Below are positions 61,983-64,000 of a stretch of 64,000 nt of DNA, one piece after another. Each line of letters opens with the position of its first letter. The stretch's first letter is position 1. The position numbers were made by a program, and so were the translations under genes. The stretch covers positions 39,149-103,148 of the forward strand of contig CAZMNF010000002.1 in the NCBI GenBank assembly GCA_964567595.1. Reading direction: 5' to 3'. This DNA is from an uncultured Thermotogae bacterium. Lineage in GTDB: Bacteria; Bipolaricaulota; Bipolaricaulia; RBG-16-55-9. The notes beneath the pieces were generated by a model. It had not been told where the DNA came from, did no database searches, and saw nothing but the letters and a program-made list of their open reading frames with translations.

Positions 61983-63152
61983 ATGACACGATTCCGCCTT
62001 GTCGGAAGCGCGATTCTTGTCGTCGCGGTGCTAGCTCTGGTGGGCGGGGCGCTCAATTTCGTGCTGAGCGACGATGCCGCGCGGCGCGCCCCGACGCTTT
62101 CGGCCAGCGACAGCACCGACATGAGCGGGTTCGCCCAAGCCGACGCGCCGCGCTCGTTCGCGTTCCCGGGCGATCATGCGCCCCATCCCGATTATCGCTC
62201 GGAGTGGTGGTACTTCACGGGCAACCTAGCCACCGCCGACGGGCGCTCCTTCGGGTATCAGTTGACGCTGTTCCGCCAAGCCTTGGTGCCGCCCGACGAG
62301 CGAGCGGACCGTGCCTCCGATTGGGCGACCAATCAGGTCTACATGGGCCACTTCGCCTTATCGGACGTGGACGGCGGTCGATTCTACGACGCCGAGCGGT
62401 TCGCTCGCGGCGCGGCCGGCATCGCGGGGGCCCAAACGTCGCCGGTGGAGATCTGGTTGGAGGACTGGTCGATCACTTGGCGTGGTCAGCGATCACTGAC
62501 GATTGAGGCTCATCAACCATCGTTTAGCATTGACCTCACGCTCAACCGCGAGAAACCGATCGTCTTCCAGGGCGGCAATGGCCTGAGTCCGAAGGGCCCC
62601 GAAGCGGGCAACGCGTCGTATTACTACAGCATGACCCGACTGAGCGCCGAGGGCACGGTGCGCACGGACGACCGACGCTTCGAGGTAACAGGCACCAGTT
62701 GGCTCGATCGGGAGTTCAGCAGCAGCTTTTTGAGCGAGAATCAGATCGGCTGGGACTGGTTCGCGCTGCAGTTGGACAACGACACCGAGCTGATGCTCTA
62801 TCGGCTCCGCCGGAGTGACGGGGCGAAAAGTCCTTACTCGTCGGGGACGTTCGTCGCTCCCAACGGCGACGCGCGCCACCTTGACGGCGACGAATTCGAA
62901 CTGACCCCCACGGCCGAGTGGACCAGTCCCCGCTCCGGCGCAACGTATCCCGTCGCTTGGCAGATCGAGGTGCCCCCGTTGGATGCCGAGTTGACGATTG
63001 AGCCGCAGCTGCGGGACCAGGAACTGAGCGGCTCGTTCCTCTATTGGGAAGGGGCGATCCGCGTTACGGGTCAGCTGCGCGGCCAAGCGATCGAGGGCGT
63101 CGGCTACGCCGAACTGACCGGCTACGCCGAATCGCTGCAGGGGCGCTTCTAG
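61983..63152 (+). CDS. Lipocalin-like / AttH-CrtC (hydroxyneurosporene synthase) family protein
   Basis: FPGDHAPHPDYRSEWWYFTGNL...GYQLTLFR...WLDREFSS...WDWFALQL. The N-terminal anchor and the position after the ABC pair mirror attEFGH. Confidence 0.8.
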   Translation: MTRFRLVGSAILVVAVLALVGGALNFVLSDDAARRAPTLSASDSTDMSGFAQADAPRSFAFPGDHAPHPDYRSEWWYFTGNLATADGRSFGYQLTLFRQALVPPDERADRASDWATNQVYMGHFALSDVDGGRFYDAERFARGAAGIAGAQTSPVEIWLEDWSITWRGQRSLTIEAHQPSFSIDLTLNREKPIVFQGGNGLSPKGPEAGNASYYYSMTRLSAEGTVRTDDRRFEVTGTSWLDREFSSSFLSENQIGWDWFALQLDNDTELMLYRLRRSDGAKSPYSSGTFVAPNGDARHLDGDEFELTPTAEWTSPRSGATYPVAWQIEVPPLDAELTIEPQLRDQELSGSFLYWEGAIRVTGQLRGQAIEGVGYAELTGYAESLQGRF

Positions 63153-63234
63153 GCCGCTTCCGCGTTCGAGTCGATCAGGCCCCAACAAGCGGGCGCTTGA
63201 TCCTCTGGAGGGGCTGTGCCATGATGCCTTCGCT

Positions 63235-64000
63235 ATGGGGTTCATGGCCGAAACGCTGACCCAAGTGCGGGCGCTCAGTTGGCGCACCATTCTGCGCGAC
63301 TACGGCTTTCTGACCGTCGGCGGCCTCCTCATGGCCCTCAGCTTCGACGTCTTTCTCTCACCGGCTGAGGTGGCTCCCGGAGGCGTGCCCGGTGTGGCGA
63401 TCATCATCAACCGGTTCACGGGACTTCCCGAGGGCATGACGATGCTCGTGCTCAACCTGCCGCTGCTGGTGCCTGGCTTCTTCTATTTGGGGCGGTTCCG
63501 TTTCCTTGCGCGGACGTTTTACGCCGTGATTATCTTCAACGTGGGCGTTGATGTGCTTCCGGCCGTTTTGCCGCCGCAGGGCATCACCGACGATATCCTG
63601 CTCAACACGCTCTACGGGGCGGTTGTCGGCGGCGTCGGATCCGGTCTCATCTATCGCGGGCGCGGCACGCCGGGCGGTACGGGCGTTATTAGCCGCATCT
63701 TGCAACGACGAACCGGCATTCCGATCAGCCAGCTCTACATCGCCATCGACGGGGCGGTCATCCTGGCGCTGGGGCTGTTCTTGGGCTGGGAGAAGTCGCT
63801 CTATGCGCTGGTGATGCTCTTCCTCTGGGGAATCGTGACGGACTACGTTCTGGAAGGCCCAGGGCTGGTGCGCACGGCGTTCATCGTCACGGAAAAGCCG
63901 AACGAGGTCGCCACGCATCTGTTTGAGCGCATGGGCGTTGGCGTTACGGCCTGGGAGGCCCGCGGCATGTTTACCGAGCGCGAGCGGACGGTGCTGTTCT
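63235..64000 (+). CDS. YitT family membrane protein (DUF161/DUF2179), partial; runs off the right edge
   Basis: Hand translation: MGFMAETLTQVRALSWRTILRDYGFLTVGGLLMALSFDVFLSPAEVAPGGVPGVAIIINRFTG...GTGVISRILQRRTGIPISQ. It is stop-free to position 64000, so it is absent from the ORF track. Confidence 0.75.
   Translation, partial: MGFMAETLTQVRALSWRTILRDYGFLTVGGLLMALSFDVFLSPAEVAPGGVPGVAIIINRFTGLPEGMTMLVLNLPLLVPGFFYLGRFRFLARTFYAVIIFNVGVDVLPAVLPPQGITDDILLNTLYGAVVGGVGSGLIYRGRGTPGGTGVISRILQRRTGIPISQLYIAIDGAVILALGLFLGWEKSLYALVMLFLWGIVTDYVLEGPGLVRTAFIVTEKPNEVATHLFERMGVGVTAWEARGMFTERERTVLF

Noticed and set aside
63153-63234. tRNA-like T-loop sequence GTTCGAGTC
   Set aside because: The flanks (CCGCG / GATCA) cannot form a T-stem, and there is no acceptor or anticodon arm. 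No tRNA, rRNA, tmRNA, RNase P or SRP RNA signature was found anywhere in the window.

Overview
High-GC (about two-thirds G+C by eye) bacterial chromosomal window. By my annotation it is roughly 92% coding, with about 63 protein genes, strong GGAGG Shine-Dalgarno sites, frequent GTG/TTG starts and at least nine ATGA/GTGA stop-start overlaps. The backbone is housekeeping: icd, glnA, gap-pgk, mgsA, a 2-oxoacid dehydrogenase E2 plus lipB, ispE, ispF, mraY, mutS2, greA, truD, tatC and the string efp-asp23-amaP-DUF2273-nusB. Transport genes include trkH-trkA, crcB-DUF190, a CNNM-type protein and an AttEFGH-like ABC module. I found no rRNA, tRNA, CRISPR array, transposase, integrase or phage gene. 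Five things stand out. (1) A translationally coupled left-edge operon is led by a 1,230-aa protein carrying about 650 residues of alternating Ala-x low complexity, followed by a TlpA-like oxidoreductase and an Asp/Gln-rich protein with Ca-loop motifs. (2) A secreted-protease module at 50.4-55.5 kb comprises a BACON-like repeat protein, a membrane-tethered stand-alone paralogue of the protease propeptide, and a 994-aa S8 protease with a low-GC catalytic half. It is preceded by a 10-bp inverted repeat and a C11 tract. (3) A second S8 protease has an internal transmembrane hairpin that ends in a lipobox. (4) There is gene decay and rearrangement: a P-type ATPase with a nonsense codon and a large internal deletion, a 5'-truncated phnE, an orphan degenerate ProW-like permease, and a ~96-bp inverted-repeat element at 56.5 kb with a degenerate copy at 6.0 kb. 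(5) Two residue-level oddities: EF-P has Arg at the Lys34 position and IspF has Tyr at the His34 position. Taxonomy cannot be fixed from this window. All calls come from hand translation and motif recognition from memory; no database search was run.
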